Assembly: GCF_038025025.1 (NCBI RefSeq) | Contig: NW_027117344.1 | Span: 1,550,001-1,614,000, forward strand | Reading direction: 5' to 3' | Length of the DNA stretch: 64,000 bases | From: Phyllosticta citribraziliensis | Taxonomy: Eukaryota | The notes under the pieces: model-generated | Told to the model about the DNA's origin: nothing | The model's input: only the letters and a program-made list of their open reading frames with translations | Database searches by the model: none | Part shown: positions 50,347 to 61,748 of the stretch, piece after piece | How positions within the stretch are numbered: position 1 is the first letter of the stretch | Layout: every line of letters starts with the position of its first letter | Program-made: the position numbers and the translations under genes

Positions 50347-51175
50347 AATGGGACCTACTTGTCTCAAGCGTCACTTCGGAATTCGCCAAACATCTCCCGA
50401 CAAACAAAGCAAAGGGATTCTACTCAAACATTGTAATCGACCGGCCGTCCTGGGGCAACATCAGACTGCTTGTTCTGTGAGACCTTGTTGCAAAACTTTG
50501 TTCTCATGAACACTAGATAGAAGTACATTGAATGCCAACTTAGTTCACCACTGCTTCCAAGGGCTATGCGATCTAGAGCTTTTCGTAAGCCAGAGAAGTC
50601 TGGTGGTCTTATAAAGTTTTTCCAAGGTGTCAATATTCACGGCGGATAGCTATTTTGCTTGCATTTCCAATGCCGAAAAAGGAGAAGCGAAACACAAGTC
50701 AATTTCGATACCAGAAAGCCAAGCTCCTGCAAAAACCAGAGGGCCCATAAGGAAGATCGACTGCCACGAACAGACCCGTCGTAGCATGGTCCGCAATGTT
50801 GTTTGAGCCCTGTCTACATGATGTGAATATTTGGAGGTGGAAGAGGAGGGCATGGTCTTACGAGCAATGAGGTCCGGACTGAAAAATGACAGAGAAACCC
50901 TGCGTGGTCACTCGAGGTCTTTTCTTGAATTTTCAAACAGCACCTTTGACTTTGAGCAATCTTTTGGATCACTTATAACTTTCTTCTGTGTTACGATGCT
51001 TTTTGACCCAAGAATGTTGCCACACTGGATGCAGAAATAAACGAGACTCCCAGGGTCTAGATGCAGCAGTACTTGGATGCTCCCCAAGTAACATTGCAGT
51101 AGTACATGAATGCTTCGTAAGCATAGCTATAATAGCAGATCAATGCTCCCTGAAGGCACTCACCTTGCTAGGAGG
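50347..51175 (+). pseudogene. Probable degenerate gene relic carrying the second Gln-rich repeat array
   Basis: Acceptor-like pyrimidine tract ..TGTAG just upstream, then stop-interrupted protein-like frames (EWDLLVSSVTSEFAKHLP..), visibly less GC-rich than its flanks, ending in the 33-bp array. Boundaries approximate. Confidence 0.35.
51043..51153 (+). repeat. Degenerate 33-bp tandem repeat array (about 3.4 units), copy 2, opposite orientation to copy 1
   Basis: GATGCTCCCCAAGTAACATTGCAGTAGTACATG, AATGCTTCGTAAGCATAGCTATAATAGCAGATC, AATGCTCCC. Translates ETPRV*MQQYL DAPQVTLQ*YM NAS*A*L**QI NAP*. Confidence 0.75.
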
Positions 51176-51650
51176 TCTGAGGCATTACGTTCGACACCCA
51201 CTTTAGTGCAACAATTAAGGACGTGGTCGATTTTTGTAGTGATGCGGCGTAGCAAACTATCTAGACCTTTTGGAGGTGTGATGATCACTTCTAAAGCCTC
51301 GAGGATGAGATCTTCATCACGCTCGAAGGTGGTAATGAGGGCATGTCGTGAAGGAACAGGAAATGTTATGAACTGATAACGGGCGAGAAACACGACTGTG
51401 TCAGGGGAGAGCTTTCACTTGGATCGCGTGCTCTGGTCAGACGTGTGACTTCGCTTGACGCCCGGCTATGGCGAGAGCTGGTCCGGGTGGGTACGAGGGA
51501 ATCTCATGCAAGAGAAGAAACTTAGACGGCACTGACGCAAGAAAGACAAATTTGACAAAAATTGTTGCAAGTGCTTCCAAAACGCCAGACCCAAACTTTT
51601 GTCCTCATGAATGGTGTAAGTAAGAATGTAGTGTCCACGAAAGCCCAAAC

Positions 51651-53489
51651 TCAAGCGGAGACGCCATTCGTTTGCGCCTCGACAGCCTCTCCATTCACTT
51701 TGTCCGCCTGTTCGGCGTCAACGCCATTCTCCATCACAGCATCTTTCCCATCCCCTGCCTTCTCTCCCGTAACCTGCTTCTTCTTCAACACCGCCACACC
51801 CTCCACGTGGCCCGTCTGTGGGAAAAAGTCGAATCCCCGCACACTCTCAATCTCGTACACACCGACTCCAGTTCCGAATCCACCGTCCACACCCTCCATG
51901 CCGCCAACCAGCACACCCACATCTCTTGCCTGCGTGTGCACGTTACAGCTGACGTACACCACGCGGGCAGGTCCGTACGCCAACAACTGCTTCAAGAAGC
52001 TATCGTCGCAACCCTTGCGGGGCGGGTCAATGACGACGACCGTCTCGGCAGCGGGAAACGTGATTTTGGCAAACAGCGCAGCAGCGTCGGCGGCGATGAA
52101 GGAGGCGTGGTCTTCGGCAAGGTTGTTAAGCCGGGCGTTTTTGTTGGCCGATTCGATGGACGATGCAGCGATGTCGATGCCGAGCGACTTTTTAAACATT
52201 TGCGACAGGGTGATTGTAAAGAGGCCAGAGCCCGAGTAGGCGTCAATGAGATGCTTGATCGGGGGATCGGTCGGGTTTGGAGAGGCTGGGAGGATGTGGT
52301 CGCGAATGAATTTCGTGAAGGGGGGAAGGATGCTGTTGTTGTTTTGGAAAAAGGCACCAGCGGGATTCTCGAATTGGAAATCATCAATGTACTCAGTCGA
52401 GCGGCCTTTGTTGTCTGTCACACAAGTCTTTTCGTGAAAGTGTGATCCGCGGTCTTCGAGGATGGCGTCATCGCGTGGCTGTGGTGCTGGATCCTTGGGC
52501 AGGCGTGTGGTGCTCTCGCGCAGTAGCAGTGTGGCGCCTTTGGTGTATTTGTCGAGTTCAGCAGCTACGCGTTGCCGTTCACGTTTCATGCCCATCCGTA
52601 CAGCATCGGTACCAATGGGACAGTCTTCAATGTCAATGGTGTGGCGAGTTCCCTTCTTCATGAAGCCAATCGGCGGGACTTCTTGAAACTTTTTGACAAT
52701 GCCATTCCGACGGTCGCTGCGTTTCTGACCAGGTGGGCCGTCAAAGTGAGGCGTCAGTTTCGTCCGATAGCCGTAGTGAAGAGGCGAGCCAATGGTCTCG
52801 CCGATTTCTGGAACCAAATGTGGCGCTAGGTTGGAGAAGTTGCGATAGGCCTTGTCGACAATGGTCCTCTTGTGCGCTAGTTGATGTTCATACGGCAGCA
52901 TTTGGAATTGACACCCAGAGCAACTCGAGAAGTAGCCACAGTTTATGAGCGAATCGTCTCTCAAGTGTCCCGGCGTAACAACTTTGACAAAGTCTGCCAT
53001 AGTGTAGCCTTCGACAAAGTGCTTGATCACCTTGGCTTTGACAACGTCTCCTGGAGTAGTAAAGGGAACCACATAGACCTGCTTGGAGTCTGGCAGGGTG
53101 GCGAGGCCATCGCCGGTGGACGAAATTTCAGAGACGGTGACCTCGATTTCGGTGAAGGGCGCTGGCAGCTTGTCGGTGGATTCTGCACCATTCTCGACCG
53201 CGGCCTGCGGCTTGTCTAGGCTGAGTCTTTTCAAAAGAGCGCGCACATCGTGCATCAGAACTTCCTCGTGGCTACCCTCGCTCTTGAGCACGGTATTTTG
53301 CTGCTGCTTTTGCTTCTTGTTCTTGAACTTGTAATTTTGGCCGCTCTTGAAAGGTCTCTTCTTGCCATGGCCCTCGATAGAAGCCACATTCGCTGCGGTG
53401 GAAGCCATGCTGTACCTTGAGCGCGCGATGAAGCTGAGACCGGGAGGCTGGAGAATTCGCGGTATACCGAGCCTTGAAAAGGCGTTCAT
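51651..53489 (-). CDS. TRM2: tRNA (uracil-54, C5)-methyltransferase
   Basis: Intronless 612-aa ORF. TRAM-like N-terminal region, CGYFSSCSGCQFQ, YGYRTKLTPHF, AFFQNNNSIL, DAYSGSGLF (SAM binding), VIDPPRKGC, YVSCNVHTQARD, FDFFPQTGHVE. Confidence 0.95.
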   Translation of the reverse strand: MNAFSRLGIPRILQPPGLSFIARSRYSMASTAANVASIEGHGKKRPFKSGQNYKFKNKKQKQQQNTVLKSEGSHEEVLMHDVRALLKRLSLDKPQAAVENGAESTDKLPAPFTEIEVTVSEISSTGDGLATLPDSKQVYVVPFTTPGDVVKAKVIKHFVEGYTMADFVKVVTPGHLRDDSLINCGYFSSCSGCQFQMLPYEHQLAHKRTIVDKAYRNFSNLAPHLVPEIGETIGSPLHYGYRTKLTPHFDGPPGQKRSDRRNGIVKKFQEVPPIGFMKKGTRHTIDIEDCPIGTDAVRMGMKRERQRVAAELDKYTKGATLLLRESTTRLPKDPAPQPRDDAILEDRGSHFHEKTCVTDNKGRSTEYIDDFQFENPAGAFFQNNNSILPPFTKFIRDHILPASPNPTDPPIKHLIDAYSGSGLFTITLSQMFKKSLGIDIAASSIESANKNARLNNLAEDHASFIAADAAALFAKITFPAAETVVVIDPPRKGCDDSFLKQLLAYGPARVVYVSCNVHTQARDVGVLVGGMEGVDGGFGTGVGVYEIESVRGFDFFPQTGHVEGVAVLKKKQVTGEKAGDGKDAVMENGVDAEQADKVNGEAVEAQTNGVSA

Positions 53490-53740
53490 GGACTGTCAAA
53501 AAGTTGAGTAGTGCGCAGCGTCAGCCCTTTCGAGGGCAAAGTGATTGGCGCGCAGAGTCGCGCGGCGAGCCGGGGCTGACTCGCGCACCCATTTTTTCGA
53601 CCATCGGCGCGCCAAGACCAACTGCTCCGACGAGATCCAACATCTTGCGTCGTCTGTCCCAAGCGCATCCGCAACGCCAATTCGCCGCTCACTGCTCTAT
53701 CAACACCGCCCCCGGGCACTGAAAACCGCAGACGGTCGCC
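53490..53740. promoter_or_regulatory. Compact bidirectional promoter shared by TRM2 and MRPS5
   Basis: Head-to-head ATGs only 251 bp apart; contains ATTGG/CCAAT and several CGCG motifs. Confidence 0.6.
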
Positions 53741-55131
53741 ATGAGCGTCTGCCGCCCCGCACGATGCCTCTTCACCCGGGCCTCCACGTTGGCCTCAAGG
53801 CCATGCGCGGCCGCCGCCGCTGTTGAGTGCAGCTCCAAATCGCACTCGCGCAGCTTCCACGCCTCGCCCGCGCACGCCAAGAAGAACAAGTCTCCATTTC
53901 CTTCCATCAAGGCCTCGGAAATGAAGCGCCTACAAGAGATGGCCGAGAAGGAATCCCCCACGTACAGCGCACGCGAGAAGGAGCTGTTGAAGCGTAAATA
54001 CACGCCGGAGCAAATGGCGGCCATTGAGGCCGGAGAGGAGGCAATCGATCCTGTAGACCTCTTATGGCATGGCAGAGACCGCACAGGAGACGCAATGGCT
54101 CTCAAGTACCGAGACGAGCTTACCAAGGTGCAACCGCTGCTCGACCACAAACCTCAAGCCGAGCTGGACCCCTTTGCAAATTACGAAGTGCGACCAAAGT
54201 CGGAGGATGAGATGGTGGAGGACCTGGCAAAATTCTATGTGAGGGAGCACAAGCGGGTCGAGTCGCTAGGCTTGGAAGACGAAAGTCCGGCAGCAGAAGA
54301 GGAGGGCAAGGGATTCCAGATTCGGCATTTGGAGATGCTGACGAGCCCGCGCACATTCATGCATGCCGAAAGCGAGGAGGGATACAAAGCACTAGAGGAC
54401 GAAAGATTCAGCGTCATGGCGCCCGAAATGCGCAAGTTGACAGAACTCGAGGGCAGAGACGACTCGGAGGGAATCAAGTTGAAGGAGTCGGAAGAAGAAG
54501 AGGGTGCCGTCGACCCCGAGGAGCAGGGTAGGCAACGTATCAGGCTGGCGACGGGATTATCAGACGAGGAGGTCAGGCGTCTGCGCGTCAAGGTCTTGAT
54601 CAGCCGTCGCGTGGTCAACCAAACGCGTTTGGGCAAGATTGCAAGCATGTACTATCTGACCATTTGCGGCAACGGTGACGGCTTGCTGGGCATTGGCGAG
54701 GGTAAAAGCACCGAGCCCATGGACGGTCGTCGGCAGAGCATTCTGGCTGCTGTCAAGAGCATGAAGCCCATTCAACGCTACGAGAACCGCACCATTTTTG
54801 GCAACATCGAGGGCAAGGTCGGCGCTGTGGAGCTCCAGCTGATGACGAGACCACCTGGTATGTATCCATATACCACGGACCTTTTTGTCTTTAAGCTGAC
54901 ATGATCATAGGTTTCGGTCTCCGCTGCCAGCCCCTCATCTTCGAAATGGCACGCGCAGCAGGTATCCACGACCTTGCGGCTCGCGTGGGACGGTCACGCA
55001 ACAAGATGAACACGATCAAAGCGGCGTACGAGGCGCTGCTTGGCCAGAAGCTTCCCGAGGATATTGCGCGGGCACGCGGCCGCAAGATGGTTGATGTACG
55101 CAAGGTATACTATGCTGGTAGGGTATATTAG
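53741..55131 (+). CDS. MRPS5: Mitochondrial small-subunit ribosomal protein uS5m
   Basis: Presequence ending RSFHAS. S5 domain RRVVNQTRLGK..GNGDGLLGIGEGKS..RYENRTIFG. Intron 54858-54910, then GFGLRCQ..ARAAGIHDL..IARARGRKMVDVRKVYY. Confidence 0.95.
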
Positions 55132-55582
55132 GCTCGGCTGTTTGCATGCAGAGAGGAGAGAAAAGGTGAGAGAGCGAGCGGTGACAGGGGGCAAGGAAAT
55201 CTAACTCGTCTCGGAGGACGAAGCGTGTCATCTGGCATAGCGAGATGTGTAAGAAATATGAGAGCGAGCATGAGAAGACGCGTCAATAGATGTATTCTAT
55301 GCAGTATACAGACCAAATTCTGTCTCAAAAGATTACCGCCTGATAGAAGAATTATTATCTGGAATTTCTACCTGGCTTACGCATGTGATGGTGAAGCTTG
55401 ACAGCCGAGCCTTTGCGCAGCAATTGCCAACCGCCGATGGCACACCGAAACAAAACATGAAGCCAAAGGCAGGAAAGGAAGCCAAAGAGTAGCGGTGAGA
55501 TAGCAGAACTGTAACTGTTTGAAAATGGCCAGTGGCTGGCGTCGAGAAGCTGTCGAAATATTTGAGCGGTCTTGAGTTGTAG

Positions 55583-55740
55583 AACGGTTAAACAACGGTT
55601 ACTGAGGAGTTAACGGTTAGATTAGCAAACCGGATGGCAAACCGATGGCTCCGATGGTCCTCAATCGAAGCCCTGCGTTTGAAGTTGTGCTGCCAGACGC
55701 TGATTGGCTAGATGGTCCCACGGGCGAGCAATGATTGGCT
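55583..55740. promoter_or_regulatory. Cluster of repeated motifs: 3x AACGGTTA and 2x TGATTGGCT (reverse CCAAT boxes)
   Basis: AACGGTTA at 55583, 55594 and 55612; TGATTGGCT at 55701 and 55732. Confidence 0.45.
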
Positions 55741-55844
55741 GATCTGCCCAACTCCCCTTTCTACAAAAGGCAGTAAATCAGGGTCCTCTCTCTCTTTTGC
55801 TCTGCAGACAGCTAGCAGAGCAAGCACCCTCCGCTACACCAAAG

Positions 55845-55898
55845 ACGCACAAGAAAGACGCCAGGTACCTCTAACGCACAAGAAAGATGCCAGGTACC
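55845..55898 (+). repeat. 25-bp direct repeat, 29-bp period
   Basis: ACGCACAAGAAAGACGCCAGGTACC (55845) and ACGCACAAGAAAGATGCCAGGTACC (55874). Confidence 0.85.
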
Positions 55899-58244
55899 CA
55901 TAATGCCCAACAAAGCAGCCAGCCACACAAGAGAGCTTGGCAGAGACGGTCTTTGGTTTCTGCATTGTCCAACCCCACGTGCACGCGACACCCACGCTGC
56001 ACCGCCTTCTCCTGTCCCTGGGTAGATCCTCCTCTCAGCTCTGCATCGTCCGGCGGTCGGTGGCGAGGGAGCAGCGGCAACGGAGAAGGCTGCAAAGATG
56101 AAGCTAAAGTAGTCGGTGCATGGCTTGCACGTGTGCTGTCACTTGTCCATAAGGTATGCGCCAAGCGGTAGCAGCAGCTTACTTGGTAGCATTCGGGGAC
56201 CAAGAAAGCTGCTTACCAATTGCGCATATGCGGAGCAGAGGAAGCGTGGGTGGCTCCAGTCTGCATTGACGGAGACAAAGGCACTGACGCAATGCTCTAA
56301 CTACTTACGCAGCCAGGCGTGGGCTGGCTGCACCGGTGTCGCGGCATGTCGTTTTTGCTCAGTGCATGTAGCAGTGGTGATGATGACGACGCAGGCCGTC
56401 GCAATCATCTCACCTCACCTCAGCTCAGAGCCAGCCGCTCCAACTGTTTGGAAGACATACGACGGACTCACAGAAGGCCGGAGCGCCGAAGACAGATGCG
56501 GAACGACCAAAGCAAAACGACGTCAGACGAAAAAAAGGTGAGGTGAGCACAGCTGCAACAGTCGTCGCGTCGCGCATCGCAAATGCCAATTTGAGAGCCT
56601 CTCGCTCGCCTTGGTGTGCCATTATGATTAATGGACAATCAAGAATTGAATTAATCAGCAAGCTGAGCGGCAAAAGAGAGGTTGACTTGTTCGCGGACGA
56701 AGACGCCGCCGCCGCCACCGGCAAGTTGTGAGGACGACATCCGGCGGAGCGAAGCAGCAAGGCATGCAAGCCGACGAGCGGGTCATGAAACAGTCCCGTC
56801 GGCCGTCGGAGCGCGTCTCACTCTCACTCGAGGAAAGGAAGGCCTTTTTTTTGTTGCGGCGCTCACGCGCACGCGCACGGTCTAAGGTACGAGCAAGGAT
56901 TGAGGACTGGTTGGGTCGGACGTCTCTCGCTCGGTGGGTGAGTGAGCTGCCGCTTTGTCAAAAGTGTCGCTGCTTTGCACAGCCTCCGGTTGACAGCCTC
57001 ACATCTCGGGCGCCTCCCGGCCTGTGGCCTTTGCACCGGGATGGCCGAATCTGTGTGGGTATGCCGTGGCACTTCATGCCGGCGGCTGTGTGTGCGGGAT
57101 GCGCTGGTGGGAGAGGTGGTGGGATGGAGGGTGCAGATGTGAGGTGAAGTAGCGTCCGGGTGGTGGAGACTATGTTAGCTTAGCTTGAGCGGAGATGCAT
57201 TGATACATGTATCGAGGGTATCTAGGCCAGCAATGTAGCGGGCGGATGGAATAGCTTAATTGGCCGGTGAGGTGGGTGGTGGGTGGTGGGTGAAGTCCAG
57301 GGGGCGACATTCTGCCGATGAGTGGCTATGGCTGAGGCCGCAAACGGGGTCGCTTGCGTGCTTCTCCTGGGGCTGGGAGGCCGGGGGCTGGGGCTCGGAT
57401 AGTTGGATTGGGCTGGATGTAGCTGTACAGTACAGCGACGGGCCGAGGAATACCTCAGGTCAGTGACTGTGTAAGGTACATGTAGACATGGCTCGTTTCT
57501 GTTTTGTTTCTGCTGGGCCGGATATGGTCGCGGGTCTATTTCCGCTGGAGGGAGACGAGACGCGGCGACGCATCGGACGCCGGAAACTGGAGGTGGAACA
57601 CGCTGTCTGTGCGTGAGGTGAGGTGGTTTGTAGGTAGGTTGGCGATGCGTCTTCACGTTGACGTGTTGTACGGGACCTGCTTCCCTTCTGCATCTGGATC
57701 CAAACAACAGAATCCTTCGAGTCGCTGCAGAAAAACAGCCAGCCAGGCCAGACCAGGCCAGGCCGCTGCACCTCATAGGCATGCTGAGAGGTCCAGTCGT
57801 GACCGGGTGGCAGCCGCGCCAAGGCCTGGGACCAGTCAGTCCTTATCCCCACCTTGGGCCGATCGCATACCCTACCCACCCACCCACGGCCACTGCCGCG
57901 ACGCCTACCGCATTCCAACCAACTCCATCCTCCGCTGTCCCAAGACCAACCCGCCCGCAGTCCTTCTCCCTCAGCATCACCACCACCGCTTCTCCACACT
58001 CACCTCCTCCGCACAACACCTCTCCTTGTGACTCCCTCGAGAGCCCCTGCAGACTGCCCCCGATCCACTTGCGCTCTTTCCTTTCTGCTGCTCCACCGTA
58101 CTACCTTGCTAGAGCCAGAGACATGGCTCTGTGAGCTCGCCTTCTTTCCGCCTCCGGCTCGCTGATCAATTCTCTCCTGCTGCTCGCTGAAAAAGCCCGC
58201 CCTCTGCCGCCTCCACTCCTCGGCCCGTCCCTCGCGTCCCTCCC

Positions 58245-60328
58245 ATGACGCAGCTCTTTAGCTCCTCGTCGGGCCACTCGACCGCCAACATGGGCAGCAG
58301 CGAGAAGCGCGCCTTTACCGGCGTCCCCATCTCCACCAATAAGCAGGTCAATGGCTCCAACAGCCAGGTCTCGCAAAAGATCAAAAACTTCTTCCGCATC
58401 AACACGGGGAGCAAGGACAGCCTCGACAACGGCAAGCACTCTGGCGACGGCGGCTCGTCAAAAGACAACCGCTCCACCTTTCGCCAGTCGCGATTCCTGC
58501 CTCACATTGGCCGCAACCGCAGCACCACCGTCGCCAGCGAGGGCAACCCGCTCGATGAAGGCATGAGCCCCACGGCCCACGCCAATCCCTACTTTATCCA
58601 CCAAGGCCCGCCCGCAATCAGGCATCACAACGATGGCAGTGTGCCGCCTTCGCCACCAGACACTCCCCCTATGCCAACCACCAAAGTTGAGGATGTCGAC
58701 GGTGCCGGTGACAAGGCGACGACGGCCGGCAAGGAGGAGTTAGCGCGCAAACTGCGCCGCGTCGCCTCGGCGCCGAACGCCCAGGGCATGTTCAAGAGCG
58801 GCGACGGCTCTCGCCCTCAAACAGCCGAGCTAGGCAAAGAACCACTCGTCCAGCACGGCAACAGCTCCACCCTTTCCATGGTCGAGACGTTAAGCGACAG
58901 CTCCCACCTCGGCGTCCCCTCGCAAGACGGCGGCATCCCGTCTGCGGGCCAGATCCGCAACAGCGTCGCGTTTAGGAGGACTTACAGCTCGAATTCGATA
59001 AAAGTGCGAAACGTCGAGGTCGGTCCGGGAAGCTTTGACAAGATCAAGTTGATCGGCAAGGGCGACGTGGGCAAAGTCTACCTGGTGCGAGAGAAGAAGT
59101 CGAATCGGTTATATGCCATGAAAGGTGGGACGACACACCCATCTTTCGAACTTTACTGACAGTCGTAGTCTTGAGCAAAAAGGAAATGATCAAGAGGAAC
59201 AAGATCAAGCGTGCGCTCGCCGAGCAAGAGATTTTGGCAACCAGCAACCACCCCTTCATTGTCACCCTGTACCACTCGTTCCAATCAGAAGACCATCTTT
59301 ACCTCTGCATGGAGTACTGCAGCGGCGGCGAATTCTTCCGCGCGCTGCAGACTCGTCCAAACAAATGCGTCGACGAGGACGCCGCACGATTCTATGCCGC
59401 AGAAGTCACGGCTGCGCTCGAATACCTGCACCTCATGGGCTTCATCTACCGCGACCTGAAGCCAGAAAGTGAGTACATAGCCTAAATTGCCATGCTGTGG
59501 CTGACCTGTTAGACATTCTTCTCCACCAATCCGGTCACATAATGTTATCAGACTTCGATCTCTCCAAGCAGTCCGACCCCGGCGGAAGGCCGACCATGAT
59601 CCTCGGTAACAAAGGGTCTTCGTCGAGCAACCTGCCCGCAATTGACACCAAGTCTTGCATTGCAAACTTCCGCACTAATTCATTTGTTGGCACCGAGGAG
59701 TACATTGCGCCCGAAGTAATCAAGGGATGTGGCCACACCAGCGCCGTCGATTGGTGGACCCTTGGTATCCTGGTTTACGAGATGCTTTACGGCACAACGC
59801 CGTTCAAGGGCAAGAACCGCAATGCGACGTTTGCCAACATCCTGAGAGATGAGGTGCCTTTTCCCGAGGGCTCTGGCGCCCCGCAAGTTTCCAAGTAAGA
59901 TGTCCTTGGCACCAACCCAACCCCCCAGCCCTGCTGACCCAACCTCCCACAGCCTCTGCAAATCGCTCATCCGCAAGCTTCTCATCAAAGATGAGATGCG
60001 GCGCTTGGGCTCGCGCGCCGGTGCGTCGGACGTCAAGGGACACCCATTTTTCCGGACAACGCAGTGGGCATTGCTGCGTCACATGAAGCCACCCATAATC
60101 CCGCATCAAGGGCGTGGCATTGACACGATTAACTTTCGCAATGTCAAAGAGTCGCATTCGGTCGACATTAGTGCCGCCAAAGTCAAGGGTGTGCCGCTGG
60201 ACAGTGGGCTGGCCACTCCTGGCTCGGATCCGATGCCGGATCCATTCGAGGAATTCAACAGCGTCACATTGCACCACGACGGGGACGAATTCCACCGGCA
60301 GCAAGCAAATGGCAACCAGGAGAGGTAG
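58245..60328 (+). CDS. nrc-2: AGC kinase of the NRC-2/Fpk1-Kin82 (phototropin-like DFD) family
   Basis: Introns 59125-59168, 59469-59512 and 59895-59952. [37 protein letters not shown] (DFD instead of DFG), [31 protein letters not shown]. Confidence 0.95.
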
Positions 60329-61748
60329 TCAGCATTTTGGACGCGAGGTAGAATTGTGACGGCTTTTGAGGCCTAAAAGGTCGTGTGAAGAATGCCATCC
60401 GAGCGGGCACTAGTCTGAATCCAACTAACGTTGACGAGCCGGGCCCGTGGCGAACAGTCGCCGGGCACACGACGAGCACGAACAGACAGGAAGCGAAGCA
60501 AAAAGACAAAAGCGGCGCGAAGATGCAGGGCAAAGCGAGTATATGTCATGCGGAGTGATGGCGAGGCAACGGTGAGGGCGGCTTGTCTTTTCTTGATGTG
60601 AATCGAATCAAATGCGGGCTCTGCAGCACTTGTTCATTACTTATTTTTTGTCTTGCTTTACCCCCATCAATCATTGGGCTTGGGAAGTTGGAGGGGTTCT
60701 TCTTTTTCCTTTTCTTTTCGAGGGATTGGGCTTAGTGTGCGTGTGTGGGCGATAGGATGGATGGATGGAAAGGGAAATGGGTCGGGCTGGGCTGGCTTAC
60801 TGCTTTCTGTTTCCTCGTGTTTTTGAACACTCTTGTCTGTTTAGCCGTCTGCCCCTTGTTCTTTTTTGGTTTGCTTTACCAAACTACACAAGCTATCAAG
60901 CATATCATGTCGTGGGACGGAAAAAGACAATTTTCTACTTGCCCTTTTGTACAATGCCTTGCTCGTGCTGTGTGTGTGTGCGCGACGTTGACAACAACAG
61001 GCCTGTCAATCACCACGTCTCTGGCGATAGTTTTCCCTTAAATTTTGAAGATCTTGCTGGAGGAATTGGTATTGCAGCTGTTGATGAGCGCCTTCAACTC
61101 ACCATTGAATGTTCATGGTGTTTCCCAGATCAAAGCACGCTTGAAGACCACTTCGAGAGTCTACTCGCACCTCCTTTCAAGGTCAGTTTTGTGTCACCAT
61201 CCATCCAGGGGAGGCATCAGCCATGGAATGCAGCGAACATGCAAAAGAAGAAGAGGAAGAAGCCATTCGGCGGCTCCCTGCCTGAGCAACCATGTGGCTT
61301 GAGACGACTTTCTGCACTCAAGAGGCAGCCACATTGACGCCACAGCTCCACGGTGGCACCGCCGCACCCCGCGACAACTTCACGTCAATCCAAACCCTCG
61401 TCATTTTTTGGAGCCGTCCGTGTAAACAACGCGACTACCAACCACCACTGCCACGCGATTTGTCTGATTCTGGTTTCCTCCGATCCATCGATAAGGTGCC
61501 CGCCCAGCGCTTCCGCGATTCTTGCAACTTGTCAGCGTGCACGACGCACTCGGCTGAGCCGACCTACTCGCACCACTGCACCCACTGCACCCACTGCATT
61601 TACGCGTCGAAGAGCACGTTCCGAGGCGACAAGAACCTCACGAGCCAACGGAGAGACGCACGGAGGAGCAAAGAAGAAAACCGTCAAAAAGTCGAGCAGA
61701 GGAGCAAGGAAGCCACAACAGTCAACGTCGTAGAGAAGAAGAAAGAAG

